Assembly (NCBI GenBank): GCA_032718475.1
Contig: JAUCBJ010008092.1
Coordinates: 48,315-112,314, forward strand
Source of the DNA: Nemertoderma westbladi
Taxonomy: Eukaryota > Animalia > Xenacoelomorpha
Direction: 5' to 3'
Length of the DNA stretch: 64,000 nt
The position numbers were made by a program, and so were the translations under genes. Positions 1 through 13,808 of this stretch are shown here, one piece after another (position 1 is the stretch's first letter; each line of letters begins with the position of its first letter). Under the pieces are notes generated by a model that was not told the DNA's origin, made no database searches, and was given only the letters and a program-made list of their open reading frames with translations.

Positions 1-1101
1 AATAAGAGCTTTTCTTATAATAATGGTCCGAGATATCGCCATATATTAATTATTTAGTGAATCAGAGGTACGACAACACACAAATCTGATGCAATTGCCC
101 AGATTATCACTGATTCTTAATTATAGTAAGTAACCCACCTGTTGTGGCGCGTGTAAAACTTTCTTGATTCCGTAATATCGGCGATATATTAAACAAACAA
201 TGAGAGCAAATTGAGTTTAACGACAGAATATCAGTTAACAATGAAATTAAAATGGCATCAAGACACAGACATTAACATATTGGTATAAAGACATGAGGGC
301 ATAAAGGTGTATAACATAAAGGCATGTAATAAATGCTAGTCATCAGAAATCTGACCAGCGTATAAAGGCCCTGCATGGGAGGTAACTCCGTAGCAGTATG
401 CAATGTGCTGAGTGAGCAAAATATTCAACCAGCAGAGATTATATATCAGGTTAACTTAAGGCAATAATACGGGCCAATAAGACGTCACAAACCTTAAAAC
501 ATCCTATCACAAACCGAATATGTGTATAATGGCACTAGATGGTGTAAAAACCCTTATCAAAGAATTATTCAACAGAAACAGCCAATATTACACCGTAATC
601 AGCTTTAACAACATAAAATGTTATTTTGCTCTAAAAATCAGTACACTAAGTAATATACTGGCAGAATTTAAGAATGCAGCAACACCGCTTCCATTCATTT
701 AGCCACCAGGGTGTTAAAATTTAAGTCGTTCAAATCGTACATAGAAGAAGGTCTAGAAAGTAAATAGTTCAATTAACAATATCAAACTCAAATTATATGG
801 GACATACGTAACCAACGTATAAAAATATCTCAACTCGTGAACAAAATAAATCAAGTGGATCAATGAATATCTATCACTTCTAAATAAGCGAACTATAGTG
901 CCAGAGAGTATTTAAAACATATATAAAAGGTTTCAGTTTGTGTACAAATAAGCTAAATGAATTATTGGGGACACCACTTACTTATTTTACATATAATATA
1001 AAGTAAAGATATGAGTCATATAAAGTAAAATAGGGGTAATATAAAGTAACCAGAAAAATCAATGTTTATTCCCGGGTCTTTTTCTTTTTGGAGGGTCACT
1101 T

Positions 1102-1436
1102 TGTTGGGTCGGCGGGTGCAATTGTGTGTGGTGAGAGTAGGGCGATAGGTCGGGGAGTAGGTGAGGACCTAAGGCGAGGAAGGATGGAGAGTGATAGTTA
1201 GTAGAGAGTGTGCAAGTGTACCGGTAGGCGGTAGGGCAGTAGAGTGGTACTTGGGTTGCGCGGATTAGGTTTATTGCTCGGATTCAGTAATTGGTTATTG
1301 TTAATTGTGTATACTGGTTTATATTGTTATATATTACATATATATATAATAAATGATTGCATTGAAGCTCGAAGATATATTGATTATTTAAGTGACTGGG
1401 AAGTTTGGGAGAACGTTCGTTGTATTCGATGCTACA
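1102..1436 (+). repeat. 5' LTR of Gypsy-type element
   Basis: TG...CA; near-identical to 7431-7763 (about 2 substitutions and a 2-bp TA-repeat indel seen). Confidence 0.95.
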
Positions 1437-1689
1437 AGCGCGAGGCTGCATTTACTTACTTCCTATTACAGTATTAGGCCTACTGTATTACCGGTCAACC
1501 GGTAACATAATTTTGACACCGCTAGCCTACCACTGTAGGCCCTATACTTAACGGACGCGGTACTTAAAAGTTTAGTTCATACCAGACTGAGGTTTAAATA
1601 TATGGATAACGACGGCCAGGTGACGGGAACGTCGAGAGGTGAAGGTGAAGGTACCGGTAGCAGTGCCCGAAATTTGAGTGTAAAGTTGG

Positions 1690-3790
1690 ATGGCGTTTAA
1701 ATTTACAGGAGTGGACAACCAAAATTTCGAAGAGTGGGCGCAAAAATTCGAAGTTATCGCAGAATTACAGGATTGGGGCACTAGAAAAGCTAAATTCGCA
1801 CCATTGTTCCTCAAGAGCAATGCATTCACAGTATATCAACAGCTTTCAACCGATGACAAGGAGGATTGGGTTGTTTTGAAACAAAAGTTGAGTGAGGCTT
1901 TTTCAGTAACTCGTTTCCAAGCTTATAATTTGTTTAAAAACCGTGTTGTGCGTCCTGGTGAAACATATGAAGTCTGTTCGCGCTTTTGAAGACCTTTAGC
2001 AGTTTAACCTGCCAAAATTTATATGTCTTTTAGTTAATTAACACACCTTTAGCATACGACAATATTTTATGCTAATAAACAAAACATTAGCCGAAGCCAG
2101 CCCATGCGCGATCATTCACCCGATGGATCTACACCCGGGAGGCTGAATTCGGATGCTTAGATTTTATTATTGCAGTGTAAGGTTGCAGTGTAAACTTACT
2201 GTATTATTCGATAGATCGTTAATAATTAATTTCTGACAGATATTATTGGCTTTCGGGAAATATTAACAGTTCCTTTAGGACGTGGCGCTTTATCTATTTA
2301 AACAGAACTAAGACTTATACTAAACGCAACGATACTGCTTGTGATTAAAGTATAAAGCGTATTCTTTAGGAAATACTTTGTTACCAATCACGATCATACA
2401 CACTATTCTGCCGACAGTCAGTACATTTGATCACACATAAAGAGAGCAGTAATTGACTCACGTAGGGTCTGCTAAATAACATTGGATTCAATACACACCA
2501 CATTAATATAAATCGCAATTGTTATGTATAGCCGGTCTCTCTAACCTGTAGTGTATCAAGAAAATTGGGAATTTGGGTGATTTATCCGTATTATCCAAAG
2601 AGCAATATTTCCATCAACAAATAGGTACAATTAATAACTGACAGTAAATAGCAGTACAAACAATATGATTAGTGCAGTTAAATTAAGTGAGGTAACACCG
2701 CCGCCGGTAACAGTTATACTTTCTATAATCTAAGCAGTTTACTAGAGTTCTTACCAAAAAGCCGGTGTTTCTGGCTTAGACAGCAATAACAACAAAGTAT
2801 CAAGTAAAAACAGTAAGACTGAACACTCTCCTTATGATCGGCCGAAAAGCTACACGTCGACAGGAAAAATCGCTCTGATTGGCTCAAGCCAAACAAAGAA
2901 CCATGCATCCAATGGCTGTTTCCATGTCAGCAACCAGCTGTTACATGTCGTAATATGAATCATCACGGCTAAGCTGTGAAAGGTAGTTGGTGCATTGCAG
3001 GTTTTTTTGCCTTACCATGTCCGCCAAAACACGTATATAGCAGAATGACTTTTATGTCCGTTAAAACACCTGTAACGGTACCTTGCGGGCGAGGGGAATA
3101 TATATACAGTTAGAGAACCTTTTTAGAGTATTCCAGCGCCTGGGGGGAAACTGGATTGCGAAGCAAAAGGGGCCAGTTATATCCCACAGAAGCTTTTACA
3201 AAGTCTTCCTAGCCGACTTAAAGCGATTATTATCCTTGGCTGGGATTTCAGATGCGACTAATGTTATGCTACAGAGTCAATTCATTGCGGGTTTACCTGT
3301 GGAAGTTTCTTCACAGCTTCGAAAGTCTTTGGCCGCGGATGGGGTTTCTGTACCGTTGTCAGAGCTGGTTGCTAGGGCTCGTAATGTACTAGCAGCAATT
3401 GAGGATGCTGAGGGGTTTACAATCACTGGAGCCATGGTAAATTCGGATCGTAGCCGTGGAGTTGGGAACTATTCAACCCGCCTGCCTACACGTGGTGGAG
3501 GGGGACAACGTTTTAATGGAGACAGGCTGATGTGTTGGCGATGTGGCCAGGTGGGCCATTTACGTAAATACTGTATGCAGGTTACACCGGTATCTCAGCC
3601 TGTTACTGGCGGGTTAACAGGACCGATGACAGGGGCCCGTTGCTATGGATGTGGGGGAAGAGGACACATGCGTCGCGAATGTACTACAGTAAATGGGCCG
3701 AGTTCGGGAAACTGGCGAGGGGGGGCATCTGTGCAACCTCAGCTTTATATAGCTATAGGTGCTCCCCATATAATAAATGTTTACCTGTAG
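1690..3790 (+). pseudogene. gag: gag with two CCHC zinc knuckles, interrupted by a solo LTR
   Basis: ...RPGETYEV (to 1974) rejoins FLADLKRLL (from 3206) once the insert is removed; knuckles CWRCGQVGHLRKYC and CYGCGGRGHMRREC; -1 slippery heptamer G GGA AAC at 3706-3712 in gag phase. Confidence 0.9.
1975..3200. mobile_element. Solo LTR (1226 bp) inserted in gag
   Basis: TGTTCGCG...TTTTACA termini, 5-bp TSD AAGTC (1970-1974 / 3201-3205), no internal coding capacity. Confidence 0.85.
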
Positions 3791-6700
3791 TAAATGTTTA
3801 TCCACTGTGTCATTTAATGAAATAGTTTGTAATTTATCAGTGGGATTAGATACATTTTGTACTCATTCATTGATTTCACAGGGTTTTTTAGACCGAAATA
3901 ATGTAAAGTATGATTATTGTGTAAAGACTCTAAATACTTTAGGTGACAAAGTGCCTTTGGTTGGTATGGTGTCATGTACTTTATTCAATGCACCAGGTGT
4001 TAGCCAGCCAGTAGAACTTCAACTGCATGTTGTTGATACAGAATCACTATTTGGGACGGATGCATTATTTGGTATCGATGTAATTCAACATGTTGGTGGT
4101 ATTAACTTATCCTATGACAGGCAGTCTGGTGCAATGGCTGTTTGTTTGACTCAAAGTGTGATCAGTGGTGACAGTAAAGTACAGAGCCTTGGAAGGCTCC
4201 ATAGTGAAGTCATTGAAACACCATTACAAAGTAGTGTTTGCTCTGCTGCTTTCCAGGATGCTGGGGGAGACAAAGTGGAAGTGTATGGGCGTGATGAGCA
4301 GTCTATCAGGGGTGTGCATAGTGAGTTAAATGTTAATGCACCTGAATGGTTCCCCCCCAGACATACTGTTCCGTATCCCCGTCTGGGTAAATTTATTAAG
4401 GTTGCTAAAAGTGTGAATGGAGATGTTGAACTTGTTGAGAAATATTTTGTAGTTACATGGCTGAATGAAAAACGATATTGGGAATTGAAATGGACATGGA
4501 AAGGGGGAAACCCTCCGATAAAACATCTGGGGTCTGGTCTTGGGGATTATGGCATCACTATAGGGCAACCACAAAGTAAACTCCTTAATGCTGAGGTTAA
4601 CAAATGGATAGAAAATGGCTGGGTTGAGAAATATGAGAGGGAAATGCATGGGGAACTGAGAGGACTTCTTCCACTCATTCCCGTATTACAGGAACACAAA
4701 GATACTACTCCTGTGCGACCTGTTTTAGACTATACACCCCTAAATAAGTGTGTTCAAGCTGATCCAGGGCGCCAAGTCGCAGTTTGTGATAAAGCTGTGC
4801 GTAGCTGGCGAAAAATGGGGAATCATACTAGGAGTCTAGACCTATCTAAGGCATACTTACAAATTCATGTTGTAGATGACCTTTGCCTATATCAGGGTAT
4901 GCTTTGGGATGGAACCATTTATATTATGAAACGTATGGGATATGGCTTAGAAATTGCACATAAAGTGTTGAATGCTGTTGTACTCTTTGTGTTAGATACA
5001 GCTGGATACTCCCCTGATGAGGTAGAAAAATATGTAGACGACATATATGTCAATGAGGATAAGGTCAAAGTGGAAGACGTTAGGGTTAACCTTGCATGCT
5101 ATGGGTTAGTTACCAAAGAACCCACAGGTCCAAATGAAATGCGCCTACTTGGCATAGATGTTCAATCCAATAAGTGTGGTGTTTTGCAATGGAAACGATT
5201 TTTAAAGTCATTACTGTCTGTGCCGCATCCGTTGACCAAACGTCAGCTGTTTTCTTGGTGTGGTAAGATTGTTGCGCACTATCCTGTTGCAAGCTATTTA
5301 CGTGTGTGTTGCTGCTGGCTTAAACGCCAATGCAGTGATGGAATGTGGGACAGTAGTGTTAATGATGTAGTTGAGACATTAGCCCACGATCTATATCATA
5401 TGATCGAACTCGATGATCCTGTGAAGGGGCAATGGACAGTGCTGGACAAAGATGATACTAAGGTTGACATCTGGGTTGACTCTAGTGATATTGCACGAGC
5501 AGTTGTTTTGGAAGTTGATGGTGTTGTGGTGGAGGATGGTGCATGGTTGCGAAAATTAAAAGATTCAATGCACATTAACATTGCTGAGCTTGATGCTGTT
5601 ATTGATGGTTTAAATCTTGCAGTAAAGTGGAACTTAGTGACTAAGAACTACAATATATTTACCGATTCAGAGACAGTAAATAGGTGGTTGTGCCAAATGC
5701 TTGGAAATGTACAGCGATTCAAAATAGGGGGACTGTCTGAGGTTATTGTAAAAAGACGTCTGCAAGTGATTGAAGAAATTGTTGACTGTTATCATTGGAA
5801 TATTAATGTTATCAAAGTTGCTTCTAAGGATAATAAGGCTGATCGATTGACCAGAATTCCTGAAAGGTGGAGAAAAATTGTTCGGGCAGTTGAACATGCT
5901 GTTGATGATGATGTTATATGTGCTGGTGCACATTTACCTAAGACCGTTGTTGGAATAGATGTTGGTATAATTTGTGCGAGGCAGGATGCTAATCTGGAAT
6001 TAGCTGCCGTGAGACATGCCATAAATACCAATGATTGGAGTGAAGTCTCAAAGCATTGTGTTTATAAAGGTTTGAAGTCGCAGCTGCAAGTTGATTCATC
6101 TGGCTTGCTTTTAAGATAAGTTAAAATTCCTCCTAATGATGTGGTTGATGTACCTGTGATTCCCAGTGATTTAGAGGCTGATGTCATTAGAAGAGGTCAT
6201 TGCTCTTCTGGTCATAGCTGTTGGGAGATATCCAGGAATTATTTACGACGTATATGTTATTTTCCATCCATGGCAATAAAATGTCAGGAATTTGTAAGCA
6301 CCTGTAGAGAGTGTTGTTTGGCTAACCCGGTTAAACCAGAAAGTAGTTATCCCTCAGAGAGAACTGTAATAGCTGACCATCCATGGCAAATTGTGTTTGT
6401 TGATTCTCTCAAGGTGGGTGAATCTTCATTGTTGGTTATGGTTGATTCGCTTTCAAAGTGGGCTGAAGTATAATCTGTTCCATCTTTGTCTGCAGCAGAT
6501 GTGACACCTATATTTCTTAATAAGTGTATACAATGGGTCCCCCCTGAAGTCATTCGTTCTGATGCTGGTCCTGAATTTGTAAATGGTCTGATAAAAAGTG
6601 TGCAGGCCGTGTTCGGTTTTAAAATGTTACACGGTGCAGTTAGAAATCCTCGAAGCCAAGGTGTTGTGGAACGTTACCACCGTACTTTTTTGACGATCTT

Positions 6701-7298
6701 AAGAAAAACTTTGATCAACCGACAAACGAATAGTGGTAAATGCACAGTAGAACAAGATGAGTTAAATTGGATTCTTTATTACTACCGTAATCGTCCTAAT
6801 ACTTCAATTGGTATATCACCCATGAAAGCCTTTTGTGGTTGGGAACAGGGTGCAATCAATTGGACAAGTGCAAAAGGATACAGCCCTAGTACATGGGTTG
6901 GTTACCGCATGAAACTAGCCGCCGAGTTGTTTGATTTCTTGGAGCTACAACTCTCAGCATTAGATAATGACCTAAAAATTGTAACAAGGCAGTTCACTGC
7001 GGGGGACAGTGTTTTTCTACGAAGAGACCCCAGGGCCGGAAAGGCATTCACTCCCTGGGAAGATGGGTGGATGGTTGTGGGACAGAAGGGACTGGCTACT
7101 TACCTGATAAAGCACAAAAACCATAAACGCCGGCAAAAGATTGTAAATGTAGATTTGTTGAAGACACCCGATGAAACAACAAATAAAACTAACATTACTC
7201 TTAACAACTTTACAACTGGTCCCATTCGAGAAGTAGTTACCGATTCGAATTCATTAGATGAAGTTATTGTTGAATTGGAGTCTCCAAAGTATTGGTGA
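3777..7298 (+). pseudogene. pol: pol (protease, RT, RNase H, integrase) with two in-frame stops
   Basis: Protease LDT; RT LDLSKAYLQI...YVDD; RNase H DSS...AELDA...TDS...NKAD; integrase H..H..C..C, SDAG, VER. ORFs 3777, 6141 and 6486 share a frame, with stops at 6117-6119 and 6471-6473. Confidence 0.92.
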
Positions 7299-7430
7299 AG
7301 GAGTCTTATCTAGTAGTGAGAGCGATGTTAGTGAGTGTGAGGACACACGTGGGGTTATCACTAGGAGCGGCCGGATTGTGAAACCTCCAAAATACTATGG
7401 TTATTGAGAAAATACAATTGCAGGGGGAGA

Positions 7431-7763
7431 TGTTGGGTCGGCGGGTGCAATTGTGTGTGGTGAGAGTAGGGCGATAGGTCGGGGAGTAGGTGAGGACCTA
7501 AGGCGAGGAAGGATGGAGAGTGATAGTTAGTAGAGAGTGTGGAAGTGTACCGGTAGGCGGTAGGGCAGTAGAGTGGTACTTGGGTTGCGCGGATTAGGTT
7601 TATTGCTCGGATTCAGTAATTGGTTATTGTTAATTGTGTATACTGGTTTATATTGTTATATTACATATATATATAATAAATGATTGCATTGAAGCTCAAA
7701 GATATATTGATTATTTAAGTGACTGGGAAGTTTGGGAGAACGTTCGTTGTATTCGATGCTACA
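7431..7763 (+). repeat. 3' LTR of Gypsy-type element
   Basis: Copy of 1102-1436, preceded by a PPT and followed by the ACTT TSD. Confidence 0.95.
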
Positions 7764-8068
7764 ACTTGCGACGTGTCATTGGTGGGGAACCGTTATTTGG
7801 TGAAGAAGGTGGGGAACTTCGCACTTTTAGCCCTTCAGCGGCGGAAGGGTGATTTCCAAATAATCTGAAAGGGCCGCGACTGCCTGCACATTTGGTCCAC
7901 CAGTGGATGTTTCCGGTTGAGGTTCGATAACCGTAGTTGCCGCCGGAATGGAATAGTGTAATAACTTCACACCCTTTCGGAGTACTTTAGCCAGTGAAGA
8001 TCTAGAGGAAGGGGTTAACGTGGATTGTACCGCTTTCTTAAGTATGGCGGCAGTGACCGGTCCTTTAA

Positions 8069-10318
8069 CCCTATTAAACCCGGGGGGGGGGGGGGGGGGG
8101 GGGTCAATATGAACCCCCCCGTGGTTTTTTTATTATAATTCTGAAACAAACGCAGTTGGGAATCTGAAATTTTATGACTTTTCCTAAAAATCTATTGTCT
8201 TCCTAGAAGTGAAAACCGTTTTCAAAAATATTGGGTACTTTTCGAGTTATAGCACCATTTTTTAGCCCTACTTTTGGCACTTTTTTGAGACGTTTTTTTG
8301 AAAATTACATTTCATTAAATATGAATTGTAACATCTCTATTTTTTATTTACACCGGTTTTTTGGTGTTAGAAATTGGATGGAATTCATATAAATTGATTT
8401 AGAAATTTCAAACTTGTTTTTTTCGGTGGGTGCCAAATTTTGGTGCCAGCACCAAATTTTGAAATATGTCAATTTTGTAAATTTATTGTTTGAAACTTGT
8501 TTTTTACGAAATTGGGGTTTTTTGGGGTTCTGGATTCGATGAAATATATACGAGTTGCACCAAGCGTATCAAACTCGTATTTTTCGGTGCTGTGTGCAAA
8601 TTTTGGTGTTAGCACGAAATTTTGAAAATCCATTCAATAGATAAAATTGCTTGTGACAATTTATTTCTTGCGTTTTAGAGGTTTATGGCTGTTCTGAATT
8701 CAATGTAATATATAATTATCGAACTAGACATCTCAAACTTGTATTTTTCGGATGTGGGTGCAAAATGTGGTGCTAGTACCAAATACCAAAAGCACCAAAA
8801 ATATATCAATTGATTGTGTCACCTTGTTTCATGCGTTATACGGGTTTGTGATGGTTCTGAATTCAATGGAATCAGTAAAAATTTCATAAGAGTTCTCAAA
8901 CTTGTATTTTTCGCCGGTGGGTGAAAATTGTTGTGCCAGCACCAAATTTTGGAAAATATGCAAATTGATCAGTAGATACAGTACAGGCCACCAGAAAACG
9001 CAGATTTGTACAATTGTGAACACATTTTATCAAATGTGTACCAGTGTAATGTAATGTTGTTGAACGGGACAATTGAACATAATTGAATTGGCAACAACCA
9101 AAATTTTTTCGCCAAAGGATACAATTGAATACTTTTGAAACGCTTAGTAATCTGGAAACTCTCTGTAGTTTGCCGCGAACTGTCACTCACTGTAGCTGGA
9201 AATGCGATAAGGATTTTGTTTACCTTTATAGTGTGCAGTTAATAGTGTCTAGTAGGCAGCCCTATAGTTAGTGATGTTAAGGCATCTTCTGGTGTTTCTC
9301 TGTGCCCTCCCGGTGTCAGACTAATGGCGCGACATCTCCCTGCACTGGTCTAGGCTCCTCCATCCACATACCCATCCACTCCCATACACCCCATGAACCT
9401 CCATGTGGTCTTGTATGTAGTTCTCTCTCTACCAATACAGCCCGTGTCCGCAATATTACGCCCTGGGGGCTCTCTCATCTACCTGATATCAGACATACAG
9501 GCGCACCGCACACAAAGCCTTTGTCGGTCCCAGCAAGTTAGCCTCCTGCTGTGTGATCTAGAAGATAACTCGCCATAACCTGCCAATCAGATGACTTGAA
9601 CAAATGTGTTCACATGTGATCACATTGGATGAAATCTGCTTTTTCTGGTGCCCTGTACTCTAGTATCACCTTGTTTCTTGCGTTATACGGGTTTATGAGA
9701 GTCCTGAATCCGATGGGATCAATAAAAACAGCACTGGACATCGCAAACTTGTACTTTTTGGTGATGGGTACGAAATTTGGTGCTAGCACCAAAATTTGCC
9801 AAATTACGCCGAAAAATACAAGTATCAATGATCTGGCATATTAGAAATGTATTCCATTAGAATCAGCGCCCTCGAAAACCTGAAAATGTGAATTTATAGC
9901 ATCGTATAAGTGAATTAAAAATTTTGTGTTCTACTTGAAAAGTGCTGGTTACTTGTTTTTTTCATTTTTTCCCTACGCAGAGAGGACTAAACAGCCATTT
10001 ATAGTAATCATATCATTTTTAAATATTTTACAATGTATTTTGCACCCAGAAAACATGTATTGAAAAATAATTAGCCGAAAATGTAACTTTCAAATTTTGT
10101 GAAAATTGTGCACTACTTGTAATTTTGGTGCTGCAATATAACCACCCCAGTACATTTTTTCGAAAATTTTTTTTTTCGGTCTGATCCAGACAAGTGATAC
10201 CTACGTACAAACAAAAAATCAGACGTTTTCGTAAATATTTGTAGATTTTAGAGGGGGGGTCAATATGACCCCCCCCCCCGGTATTTGTACAACATTTTAT
10301 AGCCCGGTACTAATAGGG
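8069..10318. mobile_element. piggyBac-like non-autonomous element (MITE), copy 1
   Basis: TTAA TSD 8065-8068 / 10319-10322, TIRs CCCTATTA...TAATAGGG, internal degenerate subrepeats; second inverted copy at 14547-16100. Confidence 0.88.
8979..9660. mobile_element. Tc1/mariner-type MITE nested in the piggyBac-like MITE
   Basis: TIRs CAGTACAGGCCACCAGAAAACGCAGATTT / AAATCTGCTTTTTCTGGTGCCCTGTACTC; TA duplicated at 8977-8978 / 9661-9662; the empty site is visible in the second MITE copy near 15200-15210. Confidence 0.85.
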
Positions 10319-13300
10319 TTAAGGGTTTGTGATAAAGTCATGACACCTCCTCTGTCTGAAACATACCTTAGAGGCTTGACTGTCTCTTCCGCAAGATGTG
10401 TGGTATGACGGAGGTATGTAATGCGATCCGAAGTTTGTAACAACTCAGGATTGGCGGCAACGAACTCGTAACTAAGATTGGAGTCTTTTCGAATAAAATC
10501 GATAAGGTTATAAGTTGTCACATCACCGGGGTTCATACGGCGAAGGAATGTGCGCACGTATTGAACGTTGGTGAGCTCCGAGACTGTTAACAGTAGTTGG
10601 TAGTCAGGAAGGTGGGATCGTTGCTCTTCAATCGCAAAGGCATAGGGGTTGAAGGCAAAGACTCCGCAACCGCAATATGAGCGGGAAGACTCATAACGGA
10701 GGCGCGTGATTTGATGTAAATCTGCGGAATGTAATTCCACAATTTAATATACTTTAGGAGGGATGTTTCATCGTCCCGTTGTGTCAAGTGAAAGGGGCAA
10801 GAGCCCAGATAATGTCCCTTTAATAGACATTTGTCGCATTGTTCCAAGAATTGCGGACAGTTAAAGAACGTGTGATCATTAAACAATCTACAATACGGAC
10901 AATGAAGGGGTACGTCAGAACATTGTGAATATGTTTGACAAATCGTGCCGGTAGGTGGCGCTTTATCCGCATGGGAGCCACATTGAATGCAGCGCTTTCA
11001 ACCTTGTGATACGGCGGAACGAAAGTCAAATCTCGTTAATGGCTGTGGTCCAAGGTGCCATGGTATAATAAACTCGCCGTCATCGTCTTACTCAGAAGTT
11101 GGATGGATGGGTTTGGATTCTAAAACTGTCCGCTTGTAAAACGTAGTCATTTAAGTAGGAAGCTAACTGCTTATCCGAGGTTTGGACAATTGAGACTGAA
11201 TACCCAAACTTGAGGATGGGGCGTTCTAGAATAGTGGAATGTAGGTTTTTGACGCACACATCCTTGAATATGGCGAAACCCTTTCGGTTTAGGTCCTCAA
11301 AAGCGGACAAACGCTTATTTACCTATCCCTTCAGAGCAGGGTCATGGAACTGGCTGTCAATGCCGAAGAAGGGGAATAAGAACCTTCGAAAACATTCGAA
11401 ACTTTGGAATTTCCCTTCAAGATTAACCTTAGCAAGCTGGGTTACGAGAAGAAAAGGGTGGGACCTCAGAGTCCTACTACAAGTATCAGCTAACCAACCT
11501 GATACGGCAGAGTTCTCGTAAATCATGTAAATAGTGAGAGAAGGCTGAAGAGGGACACTAATGTTAGAATAAACAGCACCAGGGGCGGTCAAAGGACAAT
11601 TGAAGTAATAAAGGGAATAATTATCACTGTATAGGTTTAAATAACAGTTATACCGACCTTCCTTGAAATCCCTACCGAGTTCATGGAACGAAATGTGTCT
11701 GATGCCGTTACATTCAGCTCTACGCATCCCGTTTCCTACGCGTTCATAAATGACACAGAAGAAGCCACGCCACATTCCTGGGCCCATGGGAGCATCATTT
11801 GAGTGTCCGCAAAAGGGTAAGGGATGTCTAATAAGGAGTCAAAGTCTTTATACAAGTCGGGATATATCGCTGAACCGAGTTTACCGATCCTCTCGTTGAA
11901 CAACAGGTCGAGAACGGGTTGGGGCAACATTGAAGGCTCAATGCCGAGCGTAGGGTGACGTTTGGTTTTAATAACGTATCGGTAGGACTTCTCGAACTGT
12001 CCATGCTGAGGTAGCGCGTCAGCGCTACGGGAGATTCGTGTGAATACATGGGTGGCTCTGGTTAAGCCATGGATATGTATTAATCGGGTAGTACCGAGTT
12101 CATCGTTCGATACAGAACCTTCATTACCGTATAGCATTACGCCATATTGTTGGATAATCATCCACTTCAACCGGCGTCCATAAGCTATCGAGGGAACCAA
12201 TGGAGCTTCGGGCGATAACTACCGATTTGTAGCTTTGGACGCAGTCTAAGGTCGCAGTCACTTGCGGTCGGTCAGATTGTAATTCAAGGCCAGTCAGTAG
12301 TGGGTTGGTTTGTTCCGGTGATAGTGGGTGATCGATTTAGTTTTGAGGGCATAAAGGAGTTACCCGCTTGATTCGAACTGGAATATTCTGGCTCGGGCAA
12401 TTCTCTAGTCGGAGATCTGTCCGGGTCGGAATTTACTGGTATTGCAGTCATGTCAAGTTTGGAAGTGTGGTCGCTGTGGGAACTGTCTGAGGAGCTCTTG
12501 TTGATATTTGAACGATGAGACATTTTGTTAGATTTTATTTTGGAGAAAATGTATTTTATTAACCCTTTAAATAATTATTATGCATCCTTTTATTATCGAC
12601 GATTTATTGTAACAATAATAATATGTTATAAATAATTATTACAATCGCACCCAAGTAAATAATACAGAGGGGGTATAAGCAGGGTAGTTAACTACTGCTA
12701 ACCTACTGCCACCTTCCTATGTAATACGCCTAAATTAACAGCTTGGGCTGAAGGGCTAGCAAGCTGTGCGATGTTTCCTATGGGGGTAACACAGCCTACC
12801 TATTAGTAGCAACCAAACGAGCAGGGTGTATAAGCCTAGGCTGTAGTCAAAGGTTACGCAGAGGTAGGACAAGTCATGTGATACAATATTGCTTGCAGAG
12901 ACAACAAATAATTCTTCCCGAGAATTATATTGGTTTTTTGGAATATTACGCTGACAAGAGGTCCAAGTTGTAAATATTGGATCTGATGGGGAATATATGA
13001 GCTGAAATGTTAAATAGCTCGATGATATGTATGTATATCGGCTAAAAGTTCCTTGATATTTATTATGGAACAATAATCTTGGAATAAAAACCGCACAACT
13101 CAATAAAATAAATACAAAACGTTACTTATACCTACAAATACCTACGTTACGATGGAAGTGCGTAAACTTAGAGTTTACTTTATTGTAGTATACGTAAAAA
13201 ACAAAATTGGCTATGGGACTATGATAAGACTATGGGAATTTACCAGGGAATTTGCAAAACGCTTCGAACGTTTAGGAAGTCGAAACCGGTCAAGAGACAA

Positions 13301-13808
13301 ACATTAATAGCACAAATAAAAACAATAGATACGGTTAGTAGAATGCGTCCCCGCGATTGTCGTAAAATATGCTACCTTGTTCTCTTAGTATATTTCGCCG
13401 AGTATAGGGTATGATGAACGAACTGTTGATGGGCTAAGACCGCATAAAGTGGTTGCAATCGACTGAAAAATTAGAAAGGCAGGAAAAGTAATTTGTCGGG
13501 AATAAAGTGATATCTCCCCCCACAAGGAAATATACAACTTTATGTGTTCCAATAATGGAAATATGAATAATAAAATAATATGAATAAAATGAGGCCTACA
13601 AAACAATTAAGCATTTACTTAATATACTATGAAGCCAAGCAAATTAGATACCGGTAATTTACAGTAGGCAGTCTTGCAGTAAGATTTTTTACAGTAAATA
13701 TGAGATTCCGTCTATTATCTGATCCATAAAGAAAGTTGAGTGCCCAGGTCACCGGGGGAAACATAATAATAAGTTTGTTAGAGGATCTGTTGCTGGTGAT
13801 CAAAAAAG

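Larger units (their letters stand above)
1102..7763 (+). mobile_element. LTR retrotransposon with Ty3/Gypsy domain order (gag, PR-RT-RH-IN), full length but inactivated
   Basis: Direct repeats 1102-1436 and 7431-7763 (TGTT...TACA), ACTT target-site duplication (1098-1101 / 7764-7767), polypurine tract CAGGGGGAGA 7421-7430, internal gag and pol. Confidence 0.95.
7768..12523 (-). pseudogene. Degenerate homologue of the BEL accessory zinc-knuckle gene, split by a MITE
   Basis: ORF fragments 11736-12200, 11323-11787, 11092-11310, 10587-10886 and 10297-10740 align collinearly with 27020-30430 (e.g. THVFTRI/THVFMRV, YENSAVSGWLADTCSRTLRSHP/LESNTVTCLLADIVARVLKRHP). The frame continues about 80 codons below 8064 after the TTAA MITE is removed. 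Confidence 0.8.

Noticed and set aside
10297-12523. Endogenous viral element
   Set aside because: No recognisable viral hallmark motif; fragments align instead to the BEL accessory gene in this window.
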